43,277 bases of DNA from Octopus sinensis (taxonomy: Eukaryota). Every line of letters starts with the position of its first letter. The first letter of the stretch is position 1. The position numbers and the translations under genes are program-made. Under the pieces are notes generated by a model, which saw only the letters and a list, made by a program, of their open reading frames with translations, searched no databases and had not been told where the DNA came from. The stretch lies in the NCBI RefSeq assembly GCF_006345805.1, contig NW_021829609.1:1-43277 (forward strand). The letters are read 5' to 3'. This document shows, piece by piece, positions 24,009 to 35,085 of this stretch.

Positions 24009-24158
24009 TATATACAGAAGTGTGCGGATCTCGCCCCTCGTTTTGTGTCCTTAATATTAAAATATATATTATATATGTCCATGAACGTCATGGTTTTACT
24101 ACTACTACTACTACTACTAACTACTACTACTACTACTACTACTACTACCAATACCACC

Positions 24159-24220
<62 letters not shown>

Positions 24221-24280
24221 CAAGCCTAATTCAAACTAATAACGAAGAAAAGTTCCTTTTCGAACAATGTCGTATTTATA

Positions 24281-24372
24281 CGGCCTGAAGAGATCGTAAT
24301 TAATAATGCATAAATCGCTGCATATAAATATGCAACGACATGCAATTAATGCGATGGAAACACGTGTCGGAC
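24281..24372 (+). ncRNA. Hammerhead-like motif with long stem II, probably decayed
   Basis: CTGAAGA 24285-91 / GATCG...CGATG / GAAA 24357-60 / C ACGT GTC. Palindromic stem III ACACGTGT; G-G at 10.1/11.1 and only 1 bp of stem I. Confidence 0.55.
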
Positions 24373-24516
24373 AAATATTATTAATAAACCAACTGTAAAT
24401 AAACAAAGTTTGAATGTTCAGATTCTTCATTACCTTATTATAATTATATGTTGTGTATATATAGTGTATATATATATATATATAATATATATATATATAT
24501 ACACATATATACATAC

Positions 24517-24547
<31 letters not shown>

Positions 24548-24620
24548 CCATATATACATATATATATATATATATATAGATATATATATAATATAATATA
24601 TATATATATACATACATACT

Positions 24621-24651
<31 letters not shown>

Positions 24652-24950
24652 TTATATATATACTATAAATATATATATGCATTATATATATGTATACATA
24701 TAAGTATATATATATATATATATAGTATAATATATATATATATACATATGCAGTATATTATATATATATATGAGGATAAATCGCTATTTAAAATACCGAT
24801 CGTATAAGGTGGCCTGTATGGAATAAAAACTCAAAGGTAATAATTATTATTAAAATTATAATAAGGGTATCTAAGAATACCACCATGTTAGATATAGCAG
24901 CCAAAACTTGACTCTAAACCACATTAATAATATTATATAGTATATGTGTA

Positions 24951-25037
<87 letters not shown>

Positions 25038-25078
25038 TATATATATATATATATATTATAATTATATATATATATATA

Positions 25079-25660
25079 AACAAAGATAAATGCGATACAA
25101 TAAAATTAATATAATCGCCGGTGTACCAGTACACGCCAATATTATACATATATCATTACATTCAAGGCGAAGAGTGTAACTAGATTACACAATAGCTGGA
25201 TATTTCGTGAGACGAGATTTAAAAAACTTTTAAACAAACTTAACTTTTCTTATACTGCAGTTTCGCCAATTTCAGTAATAAAAATAGTATTTATTTACTC
25301 AGGCTGGCTCTCAGTAAGATTCCTGTTAATGATGGAAAGACCATACCAATAGATCCATGTGCTTCTATCTATCGAATGCTCTTTCTAAAATTCAAAACAC
25401 TGCGCAGACTCCGAACAAAACCCGACAAAATAGGGGATTGTGGTATATCGTCTAACGGTAGAAATTATCGAGATAATATGTAACAAGATAATGCGATACA
25501 ATAAATTAATATAATCCCGGTGTACCAGTACACGCCATATATTATTCATAACATTACATTCAAGCGAAGAGTGTACTAGATACACAAGCTGGATAAATGG
25601 TGAGATGAGATTTAAACAACTTTTACAAACTTAACTTTTCTTATACTGCAGTTTCGCCAA
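25079..25660 (-). mobile_element. Retrozyme-like / PLE pseudo-LTR partial tandem, period 391 nt
   Basis: Direct repeats 25079-25269 and 25482-25660, each ending in an HHR 3-prime half; flanked by (TA)n; no credible ORF. Confidence 0.65.
25249..25318 (-). ncRNA. Type-I hammerhead lacking N7 (CUGA-GA)
   Basis: CUUA / CUGAGA / GCCA...UGGC / GAAA C UGCA GUA / UAAG; palindromic stem III ACUGCAGU. Confidence 0.68.
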
Positions 25661-25728
25661 ATATATTATATATATATATAATATATATATATATATAATA
25701 TATATATAATATTATATATATATATATA

Positions 25729-25761
<33 letters not shown>

Positions 25762-25986
25762 TTGTCAATAATAATATATGGTGAAATCATTAATTTGGAA
25801 TAATCATTATTTCACCAAGTTTGCCTTTTAAGTGCTGTGGTTTACTGAGATCTCCCTCTTAAGTAGAAAGATTAGCCATAACTCTTTGACTGCTATTTCT
25901 AAATTCGGTGTGTGGTGAGGAAATCGGTTGCTAAACCCTTAGTTACTTAGTAATATTTAATAATATATATATATAATATCTATATA

Positions 25987-26257
25987 TGGCCTGGGTTTCA
26001 GGGCCCACACTTTTAATTTCTCCCAAGAGTCTGAGGAACTTGCACCAAGTAGATGTAGCGGTTTTTAAATCAAAGCTGGATCTTCCTGTCAAGAGTCCCA
26101 GATGAAACCTACCTCACGGTAAGAGGTGCAAATGAGAGTAGCTATATCAAACTCCATTCTTCACCAAGTGCCATATATTAGACGAGGTTCTTCGTAATAA
26201 CACTGTAGCACCAAAGGCGGTGCATCAGCATGGCCGCAGCTCTGAGCTGAAACTAGA

Positions 26258-26258
<1 letters not shown>
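25987..26258 (+). mobile_element. CR1/L2-like LINE 3-prime end
   Basis: Frameshifted PKSLRNLHQVDVAVFKSKLDL(FL)SRVPDE ORF2 C-terminus, then a tail AAGGCGGTGC..CAGCATGGCCGCAG..CTGAAAC shared with SINE-A. Confidence 0.7.
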
Positions 26259-26300
<42 letters not shown>

Positions 26301-26328
26301 ATATATAAAGAGCACATATGGGTTAACG

Positions 26329-26413
26329 TTCACTACAGTTGTTTCAAACTTGTTTTTATTAATGAATAATTCGATTATTCCGTTAAAAGTAAAAACTGCT
26401 TTCTTCAGGTGAA
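26329..26413 (-). ncRNA. Type-I hammerhead ribozyme, intact core, second copy of the 21265 family (element about 26309-26630)
   Basis: UUCAC / CUGAAGA / AAGC...GUUU / GAAA C AACU GUA / GUGAA; predicted cleavage between 26334 and 26333. Confidence 0.75.
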
Positions 26414-26808
26414 TTGAGATTCAAAATTTGGTCCGGAGGAGAAAAAAAAATACCAAGATATTGAAGTAACGTGGATTGACATTCTCGTTTCGGCAACAAA
26501 TAAGAGAATGAAACTATACCAATGTTTAGCCAGATTTCCAATGTCTTGGGGGTCATAAAACAATCAACAGGCAAAGCAACATTAAGTCCTTTCTTCAAAC
26601 ACATGGCCATTGATAAAGGATAAAAGGAAGACATAGAGAGAAAGACACAGAGAGGTTAGGCTAACGGTTATCAGTTTCTGTATTGAAGATAAAATGTCCG
26701 TATGTGCATGGATATATGCCGGCCTGTGTGTATACGGTATATACAGAGATGTGCGGATCTCGACACTTGCTTAGTGTCCTTATGTTAAAATACATACAAT
26801 ATGTATAA

Positions 26809-26866
<58 letters not shown>

Positions 26867-27177
26867 CTGTATATATATATATATACATATATATATGTAT
26901 ATATATTACATGTATATATATATACATATATACATATATATACATGTATATACATGTATATATACATGTATATACATATATACATATATACATATATATA
27001 TGTATATATATATGTGTGGTGTGTGTATATATATATGTATATATATATATACATATACATATATACATATATACATATATATATATATATATTATGTATA
27101 TATATATAATATATATATATATATTATATATATAATATATATATAGTGTAATAAATAAAAAAAAAAAATATTTAAAA

Positions 27178-27208
<31 letters not shown>

Positions 27209-27210
27209 TA

Positions 27211-28490
27211 CGAGGGACATTCAATAAGTAATGCCTCTAACCCACTTGCAGTTGTTTGATTTAGTTGAAATTTTGCATGTGCAATTATTTATAACTCTAT
27301 AGATTAAGTGGCAAATTACAGCTCTGAACTAATTGTGGTTTCTGATTTACTGAGTCAAGTGTGAAATGGAGCCTGTTGAGTGTCGAGCAGTGATCCGGAT
27401 TTTGTATTTGAAAGGACGCACACCACGGGAGACTTTTGATGAAATGAAAGTAACTTATGGTGATGATGTCCCATCATATGACCTTGTAAAACGCTGGCAT
27501 CGTGAATTCAAACATTGTTGGAACTCTGTGGAAACAGCTCCCAGATCTGGTCGCCCCCTTCTGCCATTGATGAGGCATCTGTCCGTCAAGTTGGGGCTGC
27601 CATTTTGGAAGATCGACGCATAACTATTCACCAAATAGCCCATGAGGTCAAGATTAGTACCGGGTCTGTGGAAACTATCATTCATGACCATTTGCATATG
27701 CAAAAGGTGTCTGCCAGATGGATTCCCAGGCTGCTCACACCTTTCCAGAAGCAGGAACGCATCGAGTGCTCGAGGATGAATTTAGGGATGTGCCAAGAAG
27801 ATGAGTCAAAATTTTCCAAAAGACTGATTACACAGGATGAAACCTAGGTCCATCACAATGATCCAGAGACCAAAGCCCAGTCAATGCAGTGGAAGCACCG
27901 TGACTCACCTCCTCCAAAGAAGGCAAGGGTGCAGCTCTCCGCTGGCAAGGTCATGCTCACAGTCTTCTGGGACCAGGACGGAGTAGTGATGACAGATTTC
28001 CTGGCAAAGGGTACCACAATTACAGGAGCCTATTATGCTTCACTTTTGAGGAAATTGAGAGAAGCTATCAAAATCAAGAGGCGGGACAAGATCAGCAAAG
28101 GCATCCTCCTCCTGCAGGACAATGCTCTGGTCCACAAATCGCGTCTCGCCAGATCCAGAAGCACAGGTGTGCGGCTATGAACTCCTCCCCCATCCCCCTA
28201 CTCTCCTGACCTTGCACCCTCTGATTTTCACCTCTTCCCAGCCATGAAGTTGTTTTTGAAAGGAAAGCGTTTCCCGGATGATGTAGCCATGATTTCTGAA
28301 GTCACGTCGTGGTTGTAGGACCAAGCTGGGGTCTTCTACAAAAACGGTCTTCAGAGCTGTATCAAACGATGAGAGAAATGCGTAACTCTGGGTGGTTCCT
28401 ATGTAGAAAAAGACCAATAACTGTGCCAAGTTTCGGTGCTCTACTGCTATGGGAAGTGGGTCAGGGGCATTACTTATTGAACGCCCCTCG
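27211..28490 (+). mobile_element. Full-length mariner element (1280 bp) in a (TA)n tract
   Basis: TIRs CGAGGGACATTCAATAAGTAATGCC and GGCATTACTTATTGAACGCCCCTCG, with TA on both sides. Confidence 0.95.
27366..28420 (+). pseudogene. Mariner transposase pseudogene
   Basis: HTH N-terminus, WIPRLL, ITQDET, LLQDNA and YSPDLAPSDFHLF motifs. In-frame TAG at 27845-47, further stops, and frameshifts near 27560 and 28140. Confidence 0.93.
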
Positions 28491-28924
28491 TATATATATA
28501 TATCAAAAGGATGTGTTATAATGCTATCCCACAGCCATACCAATAATCTACCTCCACAACTGCTTGATAACCGGTTTTGGTGTGTTTATGTCCCCGTAAC
28601 TTAACGGTTCGGCAAAAAAAACCCCGATAGAATAGGTAACAGGGCTTACAAAAAATAAGTACTGGGGTTGAAATATTTCATGCTGTCAGCTGATTAATTC
28701 CTACTCAATTGTGCTTTGTCTATAAAGTTGCGATGGCTCCGCTCCTTCTGCAATCTTGGAGTTGTGCATCAGACGTTTCAGCCATGAAGTTGACAGCTTT
28801 CGTGCTTCCTTTTAAATTTCCTGTTTTATTAGTTCTCCGATCTTCTCTGGTTTGTTTGCAGTTTTGTGTTGATGAAAGAATTCGTAATAATTTTAAAATC
28901 CGGCGTCGACTATTTTATCAATTA

Positions 28925-29322
28925 CTAGCAGTATCGCCCGGCGTTGCTCGGATTTGTAAGGGAAATAACTATAAAGCATTTTTAGAGAGTTATAGCCCCA
29001 AAATAGCAAAAAAATGCATTAAAAATGGAAAAAAAATTATGGTAATTTTTTTTTAAATCCTTGACTCATCGTAGACATTTTTAGAGAGTTACTTTCCTTA
29101 TATAATAGCGAAAAATGCATTAAAATGGAAAAAAATTATGGTAAATTATTTTTTAAATCGTAGACTCATCGTAGACGCGCGCTAATACCCAGAAGGGCTC
29201 GATATGAATCACGACTATAAGATACCCGCTTTTGGTTACACTGCACCGCAAAATGTGGGAGTAGTTAGGAATCTAAATCGTAGGAGACAGACAGCACACA
29301 ACCTCACTTTTATATATAAAGA
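28925..29322 (-). mobile_element. Non-autonomous Helitron
   Basis: Minus strand begins A|TCTTTATATATAAAAG and ends with hairpin CCGAGCAACGCCGG plus CTAG|T. A|T insertion with no TSD; internal duplication of about 100 bp. Confidence 0.75.
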
Positions 29323-29992
29323 TAAAGTGTTTTCATGATCCTCCGATTCCTACAGTAAATTGTATGAACAACTTAACGAATATCATCATTACATTATTAT
29401 AATAATGAGACCGAGGTTTTGAAATCTTAATAGATTAATGGAAGGCAAACATCATACCACGCAGCAACACCTTCGCCTAAATTAGAAAGAGAGAAAAAAA
29501 AACGTGTATCTACCACACTTCGATTGTTTTAGTTCCAAAGAACGACCTCAGATCAAATCCCTTACAGAGTAATTACATCCGAAATTTCATATAAGATCAC
29601 ACGAAAAGAAATAGAAGAAAAAAGGAAGAAAATGAAGGGGTGCCGTGGTGCATAAGATGTAGGATTTGCGAAGCGAATTAAGTGGGATTAAGTGTTTAAT
29701 TAATCTTTGAAAAATGTTCGTGTATTGAAAATGGTTCTTATGTAGTATTGTCTGTTTGTTACAGTGTACAATGTTGTATAAAAGATTTTGTCCTTGACCT
29801 CGTGTCAAAAAGAACTTCGTGAATCTGGTTGAGAAGCCAACGGTGGGTTCTTCTACGCCGGGGGTTTCCAAGCGGTGTCTTGCGGCACATCGCTGTGCCA
29901 CCGAAATAATAAAATTTTAATTTGAAAAATTTGAAAATAATTTGAAAAAAAAATGTGAACTTCCAAGTAAAAGAATGTTAAGGTGTGGCCAT

Positions 29993-30254
29993 GGGCGCCG
30001 GTGCAGCTGTGTGGTTAAGAAGCTTGCTTTCCAACCATGTAGTTGTGGGTTCCATCCCACTGCGCGGTAACTCGGGGCAGGTGTCTTCTGACATAACTTC
30101 AGCGCGGCAAAAACCTTGTGAGTGGACTTGGTAGACGGAGTCTGAAAGAAACCCGTCGTGTCTGTCTACACACTGGGGTCGATATAATCGACTTAATCCG
30201 TTTGTCTGTCCTTGTTTGTCCCCTCTGTGTGTAGACCCTTGTGGACAGTAAAGA

Positions 30255-30258
<4 letters not shown>
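29993..30258 (+). mobile_element. Chimeric SINE: family A head fused to family C tail
   Basis: About 29993-30165 matches the SINE-A head; about 30170-30258 matches the SINE-C tail. Confidence 0.7.
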
Positions 30259-30301
<43 letters not shown>

Positions 30302-30305
<4 letters not shown>

Positions 30306-30753
30306 TGACGCATATTTGCCATTTGAATATGGCTAACCCCTAAGGGTGGATGCTACTGTAGTTTGTAGCCCCAGGAAGATATCTCCTCCAGCTGGCTATA
30401 GACACACTATCTGTGCCCTATCAGTATTTGTGAAGGGAAGTCATCCTTCCCGTCTTCAACTTATGATACACACGGACTCGAGTTTCAAGGTGTCTACCTA
30501 TCATCAGCGTGTGACAACCATGGTTGTCGACGAGAATTCAGTTTCCCTCACAAATACATATACTTTTTCCAGTGTCGATTGACACTGATATTGAAAAAGT
30601 GAAATCAAACAATGATAAATCTCAGAGCTAGTTATAAACAGTAGTGGTAACACATCGTGACACATATTTGCCATTTGAATATGGCTAACCCCTAAGGGTG
30701 GATGCTACTGTAGTTTGTAGCCCCAGGAAGATATCTCCTCCAGCTGGCTATAG

Positions 30754-30759
<6 letters not shown>
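30302..30759 (-). mobile_element. Non-LTR retrozyme candidate: 352-nt structured monomer plus 106-nt terminal redundancy
   Basis: Direct repeats 30302-30407 and 30654-30759 differ at one base; internal HHR; several hairpins; microsatellite flanks; no credible ORF. Confidence 0.75.
30469..30513 (-). ncRNA. Minimal type-I hammerhead ribozyme
   Basis: CACACG / CUGAUGA / U AGGU-AGAC-ACCU U / GAAA C UCGA GUC / CGUGUG. Canonical core, 6-bp stem I and palindromic stem III ACUCGAGU; predicted cleavage between 30475 and 30474. Confidence 0.85.
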
Positions 30760-30792
<33 letters not shown>

Positions 30793-30829
30793 ATAAAAGT
30801 TTGTTGCTATGTGTGTATGTATTTGTGTC

Positions 30830-31035
30830 AGTGTTTGTCCCCAATCACCGCTTGACAACCGGTGTTGGTGTGTTTACATCCCTGTAACTTAGCTGTATGC
30901 CAAAAGTTACCGGTAGAATAAGTACCAGGCTTTAAAAAATTCGACTAAAACCCTTCAAGGTGGTGCTCCAGCATGGCCGCAGTCAAATGACTGAAACCAG
31001 TGAAAGAATGAAAGAATAAAAGAATGAAAGAATAA
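30830..31035 (+). mobile_element. SINE family A 3-prime half with (AAAGAAT)n tail
   Basis: Matches 36340-36517. Confidence 0.8.
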
Positions 31036-31292
31036 AAGAATAAAAGAATATACTTCCTAATGATATTTAAATATGAAAATATCATGGATTTAAAAAAAAA
31101 ACACCCTCCGAATGCTTAGGAGGGTCCAGTAGAGAAAAATAGGGACCTAAAGAGGCCCATAGGTAAAAATATGGTTGACAACCACTGCTCCAAGTGGCTG
31201 TTCGACCGGCTAGAAATAACAGTTAAATTTCCCTCAAATCATACATCCCCAAAAACATACAATTTTTTTTTTGCCCTTTTAAAGCCTAGCCA

Positions 31293-31516
31293 GGCTCAGG
31301 GGCCCGGTTTCCCGGTTTCTATGGCGTATGTGTTCCCCAGCTGGACGGGATGCCAGTCCATCGCAGCGTTACTCATTTTTGCCAGCTGAGTGGACTGGAG
31401 CAACGTGAAATGAAGTGTTTTGCTAAAGAACACAACACGTCGCCCGGTCCAGGAATCGAAACCACAATCATACGATCATGATGCTCACACCCTAACCACT
31501 AAGCCGCGCGCCTCCA
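31293..31516 (-). mobile_element. tRNA-derived SINE family D
   Basis: Minus-strand head GGAGGCGCGCGGCTTAGTGGTTAGGG...GGTTTCGATTCCTGG; a tail-related fragment also occurs near 9995-10075. Confidence 0.75.
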
Positions 31517-31639
31517 CATACAAAATATTGGAATGATATTAATCCTTCGCCTGCCCTGTACAAACGATTCTGACAGCTCACCGCCCTCGAGCGCCATTGC
31601 AATGATCATCACCATCACTGTAAGCATCGTCATCACAGC

Positions 31640-32460
31640 CACCACCGACGACAACCACAGCCACCCCGCCACCATCATAACCACAACCACCACGCTACCA
31701 CCACTATCACGACTACAACCACAGCCACCACCAACGCCACCACCGCCACCACCACCACCACCACCACCACCACCACCACCACCACCACCACCACCACCAC
31801 CACCACCACCACCACCGCCACCGCCACCACCACCACCACCACCACCACCTCTGCCACTACCACAACCACAGCCACAACCACAACCACAACCACAACCACC
31901 ACCACCACCACCACTACCACCACCACCACTATCACAACCACAACCACATCACCCCACACCACCACCACCACCACCACCTCCGCCACTATCACAACCACAA
32001 CCACAGCCACCACCACCGCCCTACCACCACCACCAACACCTCTGCCACTATAACAACCACAACCACAGCCACCACCGCCACTACCACCGCCACCACCACC
32101 ACCACCTCCGCCACTATCACAACCACAACTACAGCCACAACCGCCACTACCACCACCACCACCACCACCACCTTTTACCATTATCACAACCACAACCACA
32201 GCCACCACCGCTACCACATTAACCACTATAATCACCACAGCCATCACCAGCACCACCACTACCACCACATTAACCATTATAATCATCACCGCCACCGTAA
32301 CCATCACCATCACAGCCACAGACTTATCACCACCGACCGTTATCAGAACCACCAGCACCCACCTACCTCCACCACCACCACCACCACTACCATCATCATT
32401 ATCATCATCATCATCATCGCCATCACTGTAATCGTCCTCATTGTCATCGTTATCATCACA
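31640..32460. repeat. (CCA/ACC/ATC)n low-complexity tract
   Basis: Explains the poly-P/V/H ORFs at 31533-32496. Confidence 0.93.
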
Positions 32461-32678
32461 TCCTTTCTTCTCCCTTATCATTTCTGGCAGCGACATAATT
32501 GCCGTCGAACGGTTTTGTTAAAATGAAAGATTTAGAGTGTCATGAAAGCAAAAAAAAAAAGGAAAAAAAGGGAAAGAAGGAAAAAGGAAAAGAAAACAAG
32601 AAAAATAGAAAGAAGACGAAACGACATAACATGACCACGACGTGCTCACACACATACGCATACATACACTCACACATT

Positions 32679-32727
<49 letters not shown>

Positions 32728-32942
32728 GATATATATATATATACATATGTATGTATATATGATATTACATATATATATATACATATATATATATATACAT
32801 ATGTATGTATATAGTATATATACATATATATATATATATACATATACATAGGTATACATTATATATATATACATAGTATGTATATATGTATATATACATA
32901 CATATATGACATAATATATATATATTATACATAGGTATATAC

Positions 32943-32973
<31 letters not shown>

Positions 32974-33021
32974 CATATATATTATTTGTTTTTTTGTTTT
33001 GTTTATATATATATACATAGG

Positions 33022-33066
<45 letters not shown>

Positions 33067-33768
33067 GTGTATATATATATACATATATATGTACATATAC
33101 ATATATATACACATATATATATGTACAATACATATATATATAAATGATAAAATAGGTCATTTTCACAGATTCAGGCAGCAACAGTTGAAGACAAAAAAAA
33201 AAATATAGATTTTTATTTTTCCCAAAATAAATTCAGAATTTAAACATAAAATCAAAATGGAAGGGGAAAAAGAAAAACGAAAAGAAATGAAAGAAAAAAA
33301 AACAGACGGAGAAGCAAGGAAAAAAGATATGGCTGAGAGGAAACGACGGAAGAGAAAGAGGGGCGAAATTAATGGCGGACGGAAGATAGAGAAAAATAGA
33401 GAGGAAGAGAGGCAGATGCAAAGAGAGTGACTGGGGTGGTACAATAATTGATAGAAATGGAGAACGTCTTATGTCATACGTGTGTGTGTGTGTGTGAGTG
33501 TGTGCATGTGAGTGTGTGTGTACGTATGTTCATATACGGAGAGAATTATCGTCTGTTAAAACGTAACAGCGTTGACACAGACAACTTCTGCCATTTCCCG
33601 TTTTTGTTATGTTTTTTTCAGAGGAAGAAAGGAAAGAAAAAGCAATTAAAAATCCTTCTGCAAACTTTTTTTTTTTTTTGATGTACATCAACATATATGT
33701 AGGTAAACTCGCCTAAAAAGAAAAAAAGAAGAGATGTGAAGAAAGCAGACGATAATCATAAATTGATA

Positions 33769-33828
<60 letters not shown>

Positions 33829-33910
33829 TAATTCGTTTATTGGCCAGAAGGGCTAATAAAAATCAATTAAAACATAAAGGGACAAAACAGGACGAAGGTT
33901 ACAAAGGGTT

Positions 33911-33956
<46 letters not shown>

Positions 33957-34102
33957 CAACAACAACAACAACAATAATAATAATAATAATAATAATAACA
34001 ACAACAACAACAATAATAATAACAACAACAACAACAACAACAACAATAATAATAATAATAATAATAATGATGATGATGATGATGATGATAATAATAATAA
34101 TA

Positions 34103-34182
<80 letters not shown>

Positions 34183-34213
34183 ATAATTGATAATTATTTA
34201 TAATTATAATAAT

Positions 34214-35085
34214 ACGGCGTGTCACAAGCTGAAAGAATATTTTTTGAAAAAACTGGTAACGAGGAAAACCCTATGTATACTAAAAATAAGGATGATAATG
34301 ATCGAATCTGACATAATTGGATTGAAAAGAATTCCAAATGAACGTTCAATGAGTCTTGCCGGACAAGTATTAGAGAAAGCCTTAAAACAAGTGAAAAGAA
34401 GTCCTGGAACAACATCACAAATTCCCAACGTTACGCACTCCGACGTTTCGCTAATATCGATTCTATTGTTATTAAGATGGCGGATAAGAGAAGCGCTATC
34501 GTAATTAGGGACAAAAGTGAGTATATTTCGGCTTGTGAAGAAGTTTTAAATGACAAAACTTCATATGAAGAATTACCTGTCGATCTAAGCCCCAATTACA
34601 GAGAGGAACTTGACAAAATAATTCTGGAAATGGAACAAAACAATTTCGTCAATAAGGCTGAATCTAAGATTTTAAGGTCAGAAAGAAGAACGCCTGTATT
34701 TCATGTTCTCCCTAAAATACACAAAAAGTTCGAAAGATTTTCTCCAATGCGCCCAATTTGCAGCGGATATGAATGTTGCATGGTCAAAATTTCGGATTGG
34801 CCGGATAGCTTTCTACTCCCCGTCGCAAAACGATCAAGTTCATATATTCGGGATCCTTTTGATTTTGTATCTAAAATCAACAACTTTTTCAAGCACCGAG
34901 GCCGTATTGAGAACTGTTTTTTGGTAACCAAGGATGTTTCTTCTTTATATCCCAATATTGAGCACAATGAAGGGGAAGAAGCATGCATGGGTGCCTTCGA
35001 AAGGGGGTCAAACAAAAGTATTCCATCTAGTTTTTTCTGTAGATTACTGAGGTTTGTGTTAGAAAGTAACACAATGTCCATGTGT
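34214..35085 (+). mobile_element. Penelope-like element ORF fragment (N-terminal region plus RT motifs), truncated by (TG)n
   Basis: NNITNSQRYAL...IVIKMADKRSAIVI, FHVLPKIHK, MRPICS, SSYIRD and LVTKDVSSLYPNI..LLRFVLESN match PLE RT conserved blocks. Confidence 0.88.

Noticed and set aside
29600-29900. Possible hAT-related remnant
   Set aside because: Only a vague resemblance to a terminal sequence; no TIR pair or transposase motif could be confirmed.
31533-32496. Proline-rich extensin- or formin-like gene
   Set aside because: A pure (CCA)n-derived tract with no credible splice partners or non-repetitive domain.
34442-34449. GAAACGTC on the minus strand as a hammerhead half
   Set aside because: It lies inside the PLE coding frame (LRRFA), with no CUGANGA or stem partner.
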